This document shows positions 1 through 14,619 of a stretch of 63,988 bases of DNA, piece after piece (position 1 is the first letter of the stretch; each line of letters starts with the position of its first letter). Source of the DNA: Hydrolagus affinis (taxonomy: Eukaryota); assembly GCA_012026655.1 (NCBI GenBank), contig JAAILG010001629.1, forward strand, positions 1-63,988, written 5' to 3'. Made by a program: the position numbers and the translations under genes. The notes beneath the pieces are model-generated. The model saw only the letters and a list, made by a program, of their open reading frames with translations. It was not told the origin of the DNA and did no database searches.

Positions 1-549
1 GCCCCAAACAAATGGAACGTTCCTCAGATAAACGTCCAGACGGCTCCCAAATCTCCAGACACCACCTTGATCCATCAAGCACATCCTCAACAGGGACCTC
101 CCGTTTTTTCTAAAAGTGGTCTTCCAAGTTTATTGAGTCGGGTGCAGAAATGTAACAAACTTCCGGCAAAGGTGATCTCCTGCGTTCAGAAAAGGTCATC
201 TTTTCAAGACTCTGTGGGAGCCCCCGGAAACATTAGACCTTACGTACCGAAGAGAGTGAGGCGGGAGCAGGCGGTGTCTTACACCAACTCCGCAACCGTG
301 GACCACACCGAAGCTCTAACCTCGGAGAAACAATGCACGGCTTCAGAAGATCAGCCGTCAAATGCGATGAGCAGAGTTTCTGACTTTATTAAGCCCTATT
401 TGGAGAAACATTCCAAAACTTCAGAAATTCCAAAGCGCTGCTTGTTTCAGATGGGTGAGCACAGTGGGCCAGTGAATAAAATACAGTGGTGTCCAGTCCA
501 GCAACACAGTCACTTGCTTCTCTCCGCTTCCATGGACAAGTCCTTAAAG
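1..549 (+). CDS. WDR25: WDR25 large first coding exon, starts upstream of the window
   Basis: Frame 1 is open from base 1 and encodes IRPYVPKR...RVSDFIKPYL...HSGPVNKIQWCPVQQHSHLLLSASMDKSLK, matching WDR25. Donor AAG|GTACC at 550, phase 0. Confidence 0.93.
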
Positions 550-856
550 GTACCAACAAGTGGAGACACTTTGTTCAGCTTTATGTTGTGCGCTGTGGTA
601 TTATTCGTTTTATTCATATCGGCCGATATATCGATGATTAGAAAATGCAGATTTTCTTGCAGATGTTCCTTGATTTGTAGTTTTTTAATTATGTCATTAA
701 GACTTCACTATAATAAAAGCAACCTATTACGTTTCATTTTGAACTAGTATTATTGGAACATTATCTTAAGGCTGGTGTGGATCAAATTGTGTATTTTATG
801 GTGCATTCTAATCTTTAAAATATGATTTCTGACACTATTGTAAGGAAAATACGCCC

Positions 857-1059
857 AATAATAATATCCCTCCAAAAAAATAATAAATTGGTCATTTCAA
901 TCCACGACTGTTTGTGGGACACTGCTGTGCGCAATTGGCTGCTGCGTTTCGCCCACTAATATATAGTCAATTCACTTTACAGTATATTCTGTGAAGCGCT
1001 TAGAGGTGCCTAGAAGATGTGGAAAGCGCTATATCAAGTGCATGGATTATTATTATTAT
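857..1059 (+). mobile_element. tRNA/Deu-type SINE, 5'-truncated
   Basis: Matches the 3' two-thirds of the 44468 copy; (ATT)n tail. Confidence 0.88.
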
Positions 1060-1384
1060 AAAATCAAACCTTTACTCATGTACATAAGTATTGCGCTGCC
1101 CTGTTTATGTTAATAATTGGTAGCACAAGATTGAATGGTGTGAATTAAAGCTGTAATTATTCACAAATATTGCTAAATATATGTCATTACCGACACTTAG
1201 TAATTGAAAGATCTCTTGTAAGTACAGTACAGCCTAAATATTTGCTACAAAGCCCATGACCTGGGCTTCTCTGTGACAAGCCACTGGAAGGTGCTGTTTC
1301 AACTATTTTCACTGTGTTCAATGTAGAGCAGTCATGAAAATACAATGCTGTGTATGCCTACACTCTGTGTACTGGCCTGATGGT

Positions 1385-1545
1385 GGCACTAAGTTACCAC
1401 AGGCTGCAAATGCTCTTCCTCTCACTATTTCAAAGTTGCCACAAAAGGAATTGTCTGATTCCTTTGTGATCTCAATGACTGATTTCTTAAATCTATTCAA
1501 CATAGTGTCGATTACATTGTTGGGGTAGATTCCCTCTTGGAAGTC
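1385..1545 (-). mobile_element. Degraded CR1 3' fragment
   Basis: Weak similarity, by eye, to CR1 3' region sequence. Confidence 0.35.
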
Positions 1546-2855
1546 TGCTTTGAGGACCAGCCTTGGAAGGGGAATCCTAGCTATATATTCACATTGAACG
1601 TTTGGGCATTAAATTGATGTATTCAGTATTACGATTGGAATACATCTTTCTTGAACCTTTAGGTATCTGCCAAATTTACCATCTGTCAGATGAACCCAAA
1701 ATTTGATCTTTGTGATCCAATATTTTGTGAAAAAAAAGAATAAATCCTACTTTCTTTCTGCTTTATATTTCTTCTTTGTTTTGTTCTGATTTATTTTGGC
1801 TTCACAGCCATGCTAAAATAACATTTTCTTCTTGGAAATTAAAGTACTGTAATAATTTTAACCAGGGTGTCCTTATGTACAATACTAAAGGGCATTATGC
1901 AGATCGCTGCCACTGCAACTGTTTTCTGTATAGGAACTGTTCAGCGGTGACAATCTTAATTGTGCCATCAGTGCTCTTTATTCACCCTTCAAGCTGTTAA
2001 ATAAAGCTATTTACCAATTTTACTAGCCCTTTATCATCCACTGGAGCTTGACATTTCATCATTTGAATACCAGCATGGGTAATAATATTCTAATAAACTG
2101 TCAAGTCAGTTTGCAATTGGCATTTGATTTCGCAAGCTAAATAATTAATTGTTAAAATAAAATGTGCATTTTTTTCAAACCAGTAATTGCTTTAGCTTTT
2201 TTTGTGTGTGGTTGAGCAGTTCCAAAGAACTATACCAAAGAACTGGCCGAATAGCAAAAGCATTGCTCATATTGTAGATCAAGTTGCAGTAAAGTTACGC
2301 TTTAAGATTATGATAGGTATTGCACGTAGAGTGATATTTTGGCTCAAACAATAAATCCGACAGCAACAAATAAATCTGTGTGAATTTTCCCCCGTACTCA
2401 CGCGAATTCAGGGCTGAAAGTGATAAATGCCAAAGAGCTATAAATAAACTTGACTGTATAGTATTGCATTCTTCTATATTAATGGTGGCTATCAATTTGA
2501 TGTGTGTTCGTGTTTGACTGGAGCTGTACTATTTACACTTTCAAAAGAGTCTATCCAACACTGTAATTGTCGTGTATAAATTGTGCAACATTCTCTCCCT
2601 GTCTCGTGTAAATGAGATATTCTTGGTGGTGGTCATGTGGAGCTGCAGTCTCCATTGACTGTTTATATTGTGTCACTGAACTGAGAACTGTTTAGAGAAG
2701 TTGGAAGGAAAAGGAATGAATGGGGCTAATCAGCAGGGAAAAACGACTAAACAAAATAACAAAGATCAGATAGGGTCAGGAGGAGAATCTGACATTTACG
2801 GTATTTCACAAACCTTTTGTGTTGAATAACTCCTGTGGGGAGGCCCCCCACAAAC

Positions 2856-2890
2856 AAACACACACACACACACACACACTCACACACACA
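2856..2890. repeat. (CA)n microsatellite
   Basis: Directly visible. Confidence 0.95.
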
Positions 2891-3791
2891 TATCTTTTAC
2901 TGGATCCCACTGTTCAATATTCCAGTAGACCAATTATTCCTTTACCGCAGAAGATTTGAGTTTGAATCTGAATCTCGTTTGAATTTCACACAACACTCTC
3001 AGCTGTTCCTGACAGGAGCTTGTCAGCTTTGAACTGAGGAGGGAGTCTTAGTTGCTCCTTGCTGATTGACTCAAGAAGCACATGATGTTTCTGGAGTCCA
3101 AGTGAGGAGGACATGCACTATTTCCTTTTGAAGGCTGGCCATGTCTTCAGAGCTGCATGGATTCAAAATTAACGCAGCTCTGTTTGACTAGTGATAAAAC
3201 AAAACAGTCCTCGGAGGCAGACCTAGCTCCAATTTCAGTTTTCATCAAACAGAACTTTGCAGAATTGTCTTTGGAGCTCCAGCGGATAATTCATGTCTGA
3301 ATTTGCGATTCAAAGCGTTTCAAGAATGTGTCGTCCAGCGCATGCCTACACCAGCGTGACGCTGATTATTTCTGCAGAACATCCTCATCAGTTCTGATTG
3401 TTCCTGGACTCAAAGACCTCAAACACTTTCCTTTAATGTGTGTAATCGAGACTGCAGCTCTCCAACCAGACGAACCGAACGTTGCACAGCATTTGCTTTG
3501 TGTGTTTTCCGCAGTCTGATTTGCTCTGAAGCTTCATTTTATTTGTGTTGTCATTTTCTGTTTTCTTTTCTGGATAAATTCCATATTGGTGGAGTTGTTC
3601 TTGGTACTGTATTTACGGAAGCAAAGAGTGCTACAATGAGGCTGCTCAGTACAGTAGTCTTACATACTTCTGCTGTATATGAATGACTTGGAGCATTAAC
3701 AGAACAACAAAATTGGATGTTTTGGTTGAGTAAGATAAGATCCTCTATAATAATCAAATTTCCATTACAATCATAGGTTCAGGAAGTCAAG

Positions 3792-3913
3792 AATAATAAT
3801 AATAATCCTTTCATTTAATATAGTGCCTTTTCACATCTTTGAGATGTCTCAAAGAGCTTCACAGAATACAGTATACTGTAAAGTGAATTGACTGTACATT
3901 TTGTGGGCGAAAC
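3792..3913 (-). mobile_element. SINE 3' fragment
   Basis: Tail and gtaaagtgaattgactgta motif shared with other copies. Confidence 0.85.
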
Positions 3914-5318
3914 GTGGCATGATGTAAATCGATCATGAATAATTTCCAGAATTGACCAATAATTTGGCTAGTGTTCATCCAAAAAGTCTTGTGAGACTCT
4001 AGATTTGTCTTAAATCATTGAAAATGAAAGCTGCATTGTTCTCAAACCATGGTTTGAATCCAGCACAGAATGACTGAATGTAATGTTCCTCTCTCTAAGA
4101 TGGCGCACGGTTAAAATGTCTTATTTTCTGCCCAGTTTATAATCAATTGTTTTACTGTGTTCCCAGTTTGTGCCTTTTATTATTATTATTTTTAATTCTA
4201 TTATATTTTATTAATTTTATAAATGCTCCCATGTGAGAGTCTGGATTGCAGAGGTTATAGATAGTGCAGATGTCGTTTTCTTATTCCGTCTTCATCGAAA
4301 ATGATTGAAAACTCTGGAATCCTCTTTATTGCCTTCCTCTAATCTTTTCTATTACCTCCATAATCCCTGCATCAGTATGATGACCACTGTCTCACTAACA
4401 CGGATTTAGACATTTTGTGACTGCACTACAAGAGGCACAGAGGTTGATAGCACTGGGAGAGTGCAATCTGAAGGAAGTGGAACAATCAGTCAAGGGAAAA
4501 AGGTTACATGATTAGTGCAGGTCACCAATGATAAGGAACAAAATCAGAGGAGAGAATAGAGCCACGGGGAACTGCTGAGTTGATAAAAAAAAATAATGAC
4601 AGTTATTTGGAATCAATCATTCAATTTCAGTGCCAATTTACCCTACTTTAAATTTTCCAACATTAATAGAATCAAGTATCGGGTTGTTAATTTGCCATAA
4701 ATCTCACTTGACTCGTATCCTGACTTCTGAACAGAACATTTTCCCCACACTTCAGTGATATCATCTGCATTGAAACTTGCACGTTCAATTTTAATACCTT
4801 CAGCTGTAGACTGGATTTTCTACCGAACAGCATGTGTTATCAGAACTGCACCACCCTCGTACTCACACGCACTAAAATTAAAATATATTGGGAGATTATG
4901 CAAGTTGTCGTTGTTTGTGGTGGTGGTGGTTCAGAACTTGTGGCAATTGATGTTAAATGGTGAGGGAAAGAGTATTAAAATTGATTGTTTTAAACTACAA
5001 TAGTGTTCTTCTCAACAATGTTTCTGAAACATCTATTTCTCCCATGAAATCTCCACGTTAGTATGCATAAAGTTTGGAAATGTACATAATATGAAAAAAC
5101 AAAAAATATTAACTGATATCTAACAATAAAGTGGCTGAAATTTGTGAAAGTTTAAGAAACAGTATCATCAATAGTTTGAAATATTGAGATTCTAAAACCT
5201 TTTTTTCTAAACAAAAATGAGAATTGTTGCTCTCCTGATGATAACTGGAGCAGAAATAAGCCATTTTGGCTCTGGCAATTTTACTTCAACCATATAGTAT
5301 GTGTAGAGAGTTAATTAC

Positions 5319-5620
5319 GATAATCCTTGCATTTGATATCACACTTTTCACCTCTTCTAGACATCTCAGTGTGCTTCACATAATATACTGCAAAATGAAT
5401 TGACTGTATATTTTGTGGGCGAAAATCGGCAGCCAATTGTGCACAGCAATGTCCCACAAACAGTCATGGATTGAGTCTGACCAAATATATATATTTTTTC
5501 GTGAGGGATTATTATCATGCATTTGGAGTAAGGAAACTTGCCCAAGGTTTCGTGCTGCTGGGAATCGAACCCAAGTGTCTTGCTTGCAAGTCAAGTGCTC
5601 TAGCCATTAAGCTACAGCAG
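5319..5620 (-). mobile_element. Full-length SINE (TGC-loop type)
   Basis: A box, B box GTTCGATTCC, body and tail. Confidence 0.9.
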
Positions 5621-6648
5621 TAAGGATATTGTAATTGGCTTCAGGGCCTAGGGAGAGAAAATCAATACGAGTTACTGGGTAAAAGCACGTATGTGGACAT
5701 TGGATGAGTAAAGAATTGATCTTGGCTTTGACGGCTTCATGGTAAATAGCTTGTAAACATATTCCATCTCGGCTCACATATGAAAAGAGACTCCATTGAT
5801 GCTGGAGGTTGGCCAGTTCAGATGGAACCTTATTCCAGCATGAGACAGAATCCTCAGGAAAGTAGGGGTAAAAGCTATTTTTTGTTGCAAGTCATCGAGC
5901 CAAATGTCCAATTATATGTATTTTTTAAAACAGCGCAGGCAATCGTGTTTCAGACTGTGTATCATTGGGATCAATAAATCACAGGACAAAATTATTCACA
6001 GCTACAGAGAGATTAAAGAAGTTCAGAGGAGGGGGAAGTTCAGTGACCTTGGAAAAGGCCTTGATGCTGGGAGGCACTTTTAACAGACTAGTGAGGTAAT
6101 GTTGAACACAAGCCTATCTCTCGTTTTAATGAGACAAACAGCATGCCTGCATAATAAAGAGAGTAACTTGCTCTAGGATTTCTAGAGCGATGTCAAACCA
6201 TTGCAGATCAGTTTTATTATCTCCCAGGCAGTGAGGCTAATGAAATGCCCGAGAAAGGTTCACAGCAGATTCATATTGATTTTAATAATAGCAGCTCTCA
6301 AGTGTGTCTAATTCAAAGGCAGTATGACTGATGTTCTCCTTCTATTAGGGAAATTAAAAAAGTTTTTGAAGCACATGACATTTAATATTAAATGAGGCAT
6401 TTTTTTTGTACTACATTTAGGAAATCTATGTTCACTAGGAAAAATATGCTTCTAGCACACGCCATATCTCCAATTCTTTATTTTCTCTTTGCAAAACTAT
6501 TGCTGAACAAAAGTAATTTGCTTACCAACCACAAACAATTATGCTTGGTCAATTGTGTCTGCAGTTTAAACCCTTAGAGGAGGCGCATTTCTCCACCTAA
6601 TATGTGGTAGGAAATGTGGCCAAAGCCACATTATACATGAATATTATT

Positions 6649-6940
6649 ATAATAATAACAATCCTTGCATTTGTTATAGCACTTGTCATGTCTTCTAGAC
6701 GTCTCGAAGAGAAAGAGAATTGACTATATTTGTGGACGAAACTCGGCAGCCAGTTGCACACAGTAGTGTCCCACAAACAGTCGTGTATTGAGTGACTAAA
6801 TTATTATTGTTTGTTTTTCTTGAGGGATTATTATCAAGTGTGTAAAGTAAGGAAACTTGCCAAAGATTTCACCCTGACGGGAATCAAACCCAGGTCTCTC
6901 ACTTGCGAGGCGAATGCTCTAACCACCGAGCTACAGGACT
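6649..6940 (-). mobile_element. Full-length SINE (CGC-loop type)
   Basis: tRNA-like head plus shared body. Confidence 0.9.
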
Positions 6941-7059
6941 GTGAATTATATTGCATGTGAGGCACATCTCACAAGTGGGCAAAGACCTACCAATATTAGT
7001 GACTGCACCAGTAGTGGAATATAAAGTGCATCTCATGAAGCGAATAACTGATTTTATCT

Positions 7060-7322
7060 GGGGGATTGATGGCCAGAACTCTGAGTCAGAACTCGGCTTC
7101 TCTTTTCGAGTAGTACCATAGGATATTAACCTCCACCTAAGTAGACCGATGAGATGAGACCTCATTTTAATGTCTCAAACCCAGAACGACATATCCAACA
7201 GCGCAGCACACCCCCAGCACTGCGCTGGAATGTCGGCCCTTGTAAACTACGCGCGTCCCAAGTGCCACCACACGCAACCTTCTGACTCAAGAAGCAAGAG
7301 TGCTCCCCACCGAGCCAGCTAA
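7060..7322 (-). mobile_element. Older Deu-SINE (SacSINE1/AmnSINE-like) relic
   Basis: ccataggatattaacctccacct...ttaatgtctca...cagcactgcgctggaatgtcggcc...ccttctgactca resembles the Deu-SINE 5' and central region. Confidence 0.6.
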
Positions 7323-8034
7323 GTGCTACCAAATGAGTGCATAAAGATAGTTGGCAATTATCTCTCCTCAGTTTGTGAGGAGATTAAGTGATGTACTCGC
7401 ACAGCGTGTTGGTCAGCCTGACCATCCGTGTGAACTGGTCTCCACTTTTACGCACCATATTTTACTCTCTGATTACATCAGCTCGTATCGGCATTTTTCC
7501 GTATCACCGACTCATAATATTCAATGTTTAAAAGGTAAATGACATTATACTGCAAGGCAATTACCGGTCGATACATGTGATGACAGTTTGGCTGAAAATA
7601 TGTAGAAATACAATCCTAGGACTCAACAAAAGGTTAAGAAGCCCATTAGCTTTAGCCGTCACAGTTTGGCATCAACTCAAACTCTTCATTGTGCTACATT
7701 TTGTAGCAATCCAATGTACACTCTTTAACACATCCACTATTATGCTATCTATATTCTGATGCAAATTTGGATCTGCTTCTCACGGAAGGACCTCAAATTA
7801 GAAATAATAACTGATAACCACAGTTTCAGATGTTTCCAGGTATAGGAATCTGTTAGAAAGATTAATGCTCAGTGATAAATTGAATTATCCTGGCCAGAAG
7901 TAAATCGGTCTGATTTAAAAGTGCTCTTTTCATTGATCTTATACAATAATAGCCATAGCTTCTGCTGCTACAGAGGGTCCTCAGAATGAAATGAATCCCA
8001 CTTGTGCTCATTATGAACCAAAGTCAGTGCAGAT

Positions 8035-8470
8035 AACAACAAACAACAACAAACTGTATTCGTATAATGCCTTTCACGTCGGGAGGACATCCCAAGGTGC
8101 TGGACAGTCATTGTTTCAGACCCGAGCTAGGGTCCAGGTGAGTGGAGGGAAAGAGGGGGATTTGGGGTGACCGATGGGACCGTCAAAGAGGAGGATCTTG
8201 AGGCGGGACTTGAAGGAGGCCAGGGAGGTGGGGTGAGACGGGTGGACTGTGGGATGGAGTTCCAGAGGTTGGACAGTAGAGGATTTGCACCCAACTGAGA
8301 ATGGTTGGATTCAGGAGAGGGTGGAGGGGGGAAAGTGGCTGATTGAAGTGAAAGAGGAACTTCTTGGGACAGACCTTAAAGGAGGCGAGGTGAGGATATT
8401 CCGGGATACAGTTCTGGAGAGGGGTCAGATATAATCTGAAAGCCTGACCACCAATGGTGGGGCAGGCAAG
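8035..8470 (-). mobile_element. L2 LINE 3' fragment
   Basis: (CAA)n tail, gcctttcacgtcgggaggacatcccaagg, then a G-rich stretch. Confidence 0.85.
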
Positions 8471-9684
8471 CTGTGGAGCATGAAGCAGCCCACTGACTGC
8501 GGGTCAGAGGGATTAGGTAGGTTGTTGCTTTTAAGGTCACAGAAGTAATTAGGAGCCATTGTAACAGTTGGCACAGCGCAGACTTGTGTTGTATTTAGGA
8601 GTATTTTCAGTTAGCGAGTGTACATATTGAAAGATTCTCTGCAGTGGTTAATGCAATGTACATCGCAAACCCGGTGGAAATTCAGGAAGAACCAAATTGC
8701 TGACCTGTTGGGAAAATGCAGTTGCACAGAATCCATATTGGTGACGCCAATGGAACTGAGATGCAAATGCAAACTGTCGCTTCTGTACTCTCCATTTTCA
8801 AGGGACAAAGCAAACACGAAAACTCAATTTCGGAGATAGAATTGTTTTTCTATTTTCATTAAGATTCATGAAATTCTAACAGCATCTCTCAAACATTTGC
8901 AAATCTATCTGGGTCACTATTACTGCGGGAACTTCTTTACTCCTATATGTAATAGGTAATGTCGACGTAGCTACTGTGTTACCCAAAGGTTTATTCCAGA
9001 TTATTTACATGGATCGTGAATATGTCCTTATTTCACGTTATGTTTCCTTTTTGCTTGCACGTCTTGTATAGATTTACAGGAGAGTGCCACCCACTCATTA
9101 AACAACCCCCTGCAACAAGAATTCTACAGTAATTGCATTTGCTGACTGCAACTCATACTGCTGTTTGCCTTGATTATTAATAAGCTTTCGGATTTCAAAG
9201 GCAAACAACAATATTGTACATTGATTCAACTTCAAATTGAAACTAAAATGCGTAGTCCTGCTTTGGTTACCAATCTGCTGCTTAATTAAGCAACCAGAAA
9301 GCGTTAGATCTTCAACAAACATTCACTTGAATTCTCTCCATTGTGTCAAGGTAGTACCTTTGAAGAGATTTGTTTGATATCCATTACACTGACACTTATG
9401 TGAGTCTGTCTAAGTGCAGCCAACCATCTCTTGTCACAATTTGATGTGCTTTTCACATCACATCAATGCAGAAGCTGCAATATACCTTTAAGGTTACAAT
9501 CTGGGTACGATTGCGGTGGGGAGGTCTCAATCTATTTAGGCTTCACTTCACACCAGTAGAACTATCAGTGGGAAAAGCTTTCCTAGTCAACAGGAGAGTC
9601 AGCTCTTTGCTAAGTACATATTGAAAATGTGAGCAATGTTGGGACACCTGTGAGGAGAGCTGGCCATATATTTATACATATAAG

Positions 9685-9996
9685 TAATAATAATACTTAC
9701 ATTTGATATAGTGCTTTTCTCGTCTTCTAGACATCTCAAAGCGCTTCACAGAATATATTGTAAAGTGAATTGACTATATGTGGGCGAAATGCGGCAGCCA
9801 TTTTGCGCACAGCTGTGACCCACAAACAGTCGGTGAGTTGTGTGACCAAACTATTATTGTTTTTTTTTTGAGGGATTATTATTATTATTATGCGTGTGGA
9901 GTAAGGAAACTTGCCCAAGATTTTGCCGTGCCGGGAATTGAACCCAGGTCTCTGACTTGCAAGGCGAGTGCTCCAACCATTGAGCTACAGGACTTC
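9685..9996 (-). mobile_element. Full-length SINE (TGC-loop type)
   Basis: Head, body and tail present. Confidence 0.9.
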
Positions 9997-10590
9997 ACCA
10001 AGGGCAAATGTGTTATTGGATTATGGTAAAGCCGATTTTATTTTAAGTTGTATTTAACATAAAAATGAAGCTGGAATTCCCTGCTGATAAAGAAGATTTG
10101 GAAACAAAGTTGTTTCTTTTCTCAAAGATGTCTTTGCTGCAGAAGCAGCTGAATCTGTGCTTGATAAGGCCAAGCTAAAATTGGTTAGAATAAAAAACAA
10201 TACTCTTCTGATCAAGTGTTTTAAGCACATTAAATGACTTTAGTAAGGTATCAGTGGCCTGAAGCAGTGTATGGAATTTGCGAGATGTGTCTGGGAACCA
10301 TTACCACTGAGCAATAATTCCCAATCATTTCTGACCTGTGATTGGTTTTGAGGTGCTGGTTTTGGCGATAAGGTCAGCCTGGAATGAATTCATTTTTAAG
10401 ATTATTTTTATATCCATAACCAAATAAAATAAGGATGGAGTTTTTTTTTAATATGCAGTAGTAGTATTTGGAGGCAAGGTAAGATGATTCTGCAGTTTTA
10501 GCCTGGACCATTTTCTTTTATTGCATCTGGATTTTCGAATCAAGCCTTTGATTTCCGCTGACATTTTTCTATTGTTTGCTCTTCATAAAG

Positions 10591-10738
10591 GTATGGGATG
10601 CTATTGACACAAGCAAGTGCTTGAAGACGTACTTGTGCCACAGAGGGGCGGTTCGTGACGCTCAGTGGTCTTTGTGTGGACGGCAGATCCTCAGCGGTGG
10701 ATTTGATTCAATGCTTCATTTGACTGATATTGAAACAG
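10591..10738 (+). CDS. WDR25: WDR25 coding exon (148 nt)
   Basis: cataaag|GTATGG...ACAG|gtaga; [50 protein letters not shown], a WD40 repeat. Not in the ORF track. Confidence 0.95.
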
Positions 10739-11507
10739 GTAGAGTGCTGTGATTTGTTTTGGTTTGCCAGTCATTCTCTTTTGAACTCAACAGTCAAGTA
10801 GCTTAAATGTAATGAAATGTCCTGGTGAAATTCCATTACCTGTCCTTATCCCTGATGCACTTTCCTTTCTTCTACAAGCTCCTTATTGGTTTCACCGTTA
10901 AAGTTCAGTTTTGCTTCTGAACGTTGAAACACTGAAGATGTTTTGAGCGTTAGAGATTGAAAACAAAACTACTTGCAGGTTACACCAGTGTTGTATGGCT
11001 TCTCAGCTTCCGGTGGGAAAGACTTAATATTTTTTCCATGCCACAGTCCATTTATCCTTCTATTTATCCCAGTCCAGCCTACAACCCACAGAGTATCTAT
11101 CTGTAGACGTGGATCCAAGAGAGATGCTGTGTTCTTGTTCACATGGATCTACATTGCTAATTAGAACATCATGAGCCTGAATGGCTGATGGCTTGGTTAT
11201 TAAAGACTGAATCTTGAGGCTATACTGCAAAATTTTAGGAAATAAAGGCAGAATAATTGATGTGCTGGAGAGCACTGATATAATGTCTCATACCATACGC
11301 TCACAACTTGAATTGTTCATGTATGTCATTAACCCAGAAAGATTGAGTTATACTCACAGCACATTGGGGCTGCCATATCAAACGCAGTATTGTACATTTT
11401 TTTTATGAAACAATTTTTGCTTTGCAGAATCAAGAGAGGTTTTGATTTGCCTCCGAAATGACTCCAGGTGACTATAGGCAAAACTGCTGTAGATTTACCA
11501 GTAGGGT

Positions 11508-11741
11508 ATAATAATAATAATCCATGCATTTGATATAGCGCTTTTCACGTCTTCTGAACATCTCAAAGAGCTTCGCAGGATATACTGTAAAGTGAATTGA
11601 CTCCATATTTGTGGGCAAAATGCACAGCAGTGTTCCACAAATGGACGTGGATTGAAGTGACCAATTTATTATTGTTGTTTTTTGAGGGATTATTATTATT
11701 ATTAGGTGTGTGTGTGGATGTGAAGTAAGGAAACTTGCCCA
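11508..11741 (-). mobile_element. SINE lacking the tRNA head
   Basis: Similarity ends at aaacttgccca. Confidence 0.88.
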
Positions 11742-12054
11742 AAATAATTAAAATAGCCAATGTGATGGCGGAGAGTAAAGAGAGTATGTGCTTTAAAGCA
11801 GTCAGCGTCTGCCTTGAAGGGACCCTTTCAGAGTGGATCCAGAATTGATTCACACGCACTGGTTAATATTGCAGAGATAGGAATTGATTCGCCACTGAAA
11901 GCCGGGGACTCTGCTGTGATTCGCTTTGGGTTCCTACCACTTCACTCCAATTTGATGTGCCTTTAAATGTGATGTGACTTACTGACGAATCTAAAGGTAT
12001 AATGATCAACAGTGACAGGGTAGCAATGACTACTTTGGGGAGGGCTCCAAAGGG

Positions 12055-12372
12055 AATAATAATGATAATAATCCTTGCTGTTTGATTTAGCGCAATTTCA
12101 TGTCTTCTAGATGTCTCAAAGCACTTCACAGAATATACTGTAAAGTGAATTGACTGTATATTTGAGGGCAAAACGCAGCAGCCAATTGCACACAGCAGCA
12201 TCCCCACAAACAGTCATGGGTTGAAATGACCAATTTATTATTGTTTATTGAGGGATTATTATTAGGCATGTGGAGTATAAGGAAACCTGCCCAAGGTTTC
12301 ACCCTGCCTGGAATGGAACCCAGGTCTCACGCTTGTAAGACAAGTGCTCTAATCACTGACCTACAGGACTCC
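12055..12372 (-). mobile_element. Full-length SINE (intermediate type)
   Basis: Head, body and tail present. Confidence 0.92.
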
Positions 12373-14619
12373 AGTAGGTACTATATTAAGGGAAACATTC
12401 TAATCAAGGCAGACTTCCACCAACCGTCAACAATTATCCTTCTCATTTTCGTACTTGCTGTGCCTGATGCCTATAGCTCTCTTAATTGTGGTTTGCAGCC
12501 ATCTGTCTTGCGATAGAATCCGAACGCCTCCTAGTTTCTGAAATTACTTTATGCAAAATTGAAAAGCTTCTTCGCATGTTTCTAGCAGTGTGTCGCATTC
12601 GATGAAAATGTGTGTCTGCTGGTTCATAAATCAGATCACTTCAAAATAATTGCACTCCATTTTGTGAATAAAGCACTTATTATTGCTTCGCGAAATCCAA
12701 CTGCTGTGTTATCCAACACGCTTTGCAAAACCCCCTTTTTCGCACAACCCGCAGTAATTGAGTGTTTTACAGTTGGAGATCAGTAGACAGAATCATACTT
12801 GCCATGATGAATTTATTATGTAGGTTAATTCCCCAGAGGAAACTCTTTAGTTTTGTGGTAAGGAAGAACATCTGGTGGGTTATGTCTCTGGCACTCGAAG
12901 GAACTTGCAAGAAAGACCTAATTGATGAAGAGTCGTAATTAAGCACCATGTGTGACCGGTGTAGGAAATGGTGATCACTGCTGAACAGATTTAGGGCAGT
13001 GGAGAGGAGAGTCATTTCATTTTGCTGAACGCGGTGAAATTAGAAGGAAATAAGCTCCTTTCTTCTTTTAAAAAAAATGTCATTCAGTCATTTACATCAC
13101 CGATACTACATGCTCCGAGCAGGAATCAAATGTTTTGTTTGCTCATCTAACAGATATCGAGCAAATCACTGGCTTAATTATGTTTCAGGACCCCCGTGAA
13201 AGTCAGTGCTAGGACCACCAGCTTTGTAAGATACATGGGATAAAAATAATGTCTGGTCAATCTCATTAGTGGACACTGATGGTATCTCAATGCTGGCAAC
13301 GACATTCTCATTAATTATTTCAGCGTTCATGAATAATGAATGATTTGCATTCTGTAAATATATTCACAATATGCAATACTTGGCCAAGACAATTTCCTCC
13401 GTTTGCTGTAGAAATAATATTCTGATAAGCAGCGCTTTGGGACTTGAAAGGCGCTATAGAATGAAATTTTGTTCTTCTTGTTGTTGATATCCCTGATATT
13501 GAAAAGAGTTATCACCACTAGTTTGGCAATAACCTTAAGCCGATTCTGCTATTTTAATTCGAGTCATTTCATAGTTTTGTCTGTTTTCTTGCCTGGTGGC
13601 TAATTCTTACTGGGTATGGCTCTGTTGGCTTTGATAGGTCCATACTCTGTTGCTCAAATATTTATTCTTCACGTTGGGCCCAAACAGCGAGTCAGCTGAC
13701 TATTACACAGTGGAGAGGGTCAGATTTGAATTGAACAATGCCTTTACTCAATATTCATGTGTGCACATGAATTTCCCGCAATTTCCAGCAAATGTCCCCT
13801 AGTGGGAAGAGCAGTTTAAGGCAATCTTAGTGCTCAAAGGCCTGAGCCAAGTCTGCACAGATTGTGATCTGAGGACTTGTATGTATCTAGAAAACACAAA
13901 GGTGTGAAGACTTTGTAGTTTACTACAGTGCCATGAAGATAATGCACCATTTTGTTTCTGATCTGTTGTCACAATATCCCTACATGGGTCTACATTTCAC
14001 TCACGAGGTTTGTTTATTGTAAGGCTGTGAAACTTTCCCAGGGACTGAAAGTTGCAGCTCGTACCTTGGAAATGGCTACCCCATGCTCTGTTGAGGCAGA
14101 TTTCAAGTATCCTAAGATATAAATGGACCGTTTGTTTCTTGTAGATCATGGCGTTAGCATTACGAGTGGAGAGATTTATGTAATTCACTTCCGGCCAAGA
14201 CCTATTCTGTTTGTTACACTTTAAATGTCACGTTGAAAGTAAATTAATTTTTACCATTGTAATTAACTTTTTCCAATTATTTTAATGGGGCCTATTGTAA
14301 GAGCAGTGAGCTCTTTCAATGCTCCTCATTACACTACTCATGCTGCTTCTCTCCAGAGGCACACATCCGCCAACTGCAGTCTTAGCAAGATTTGCGAGAT
14401 AGCTGCTCCGAACTATAATAATTAGATCATTGTGGCTGAGATTATTCACATTATCATCTCATTTCCAATGTGTTCAAAGTGTTCTTGGTAAAATTGAGAT
14501 TTTAATACAACCCTATTATGTTCCACATATCATAAACTCACGCCAGCCAGTTCGACCAACCTGGAATACAGGTCCTGGTGCATTTTTTCGGCAGCCTTTT
14601 GGGGAAGCCACAAACCTGT

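Noticed and set aside
550-747. Hydrophobic C-terminal part of ORF 67..747
   Set aside because: Read-through into the intron after the donor at 550; WDR25 similarity resumes at 10591.
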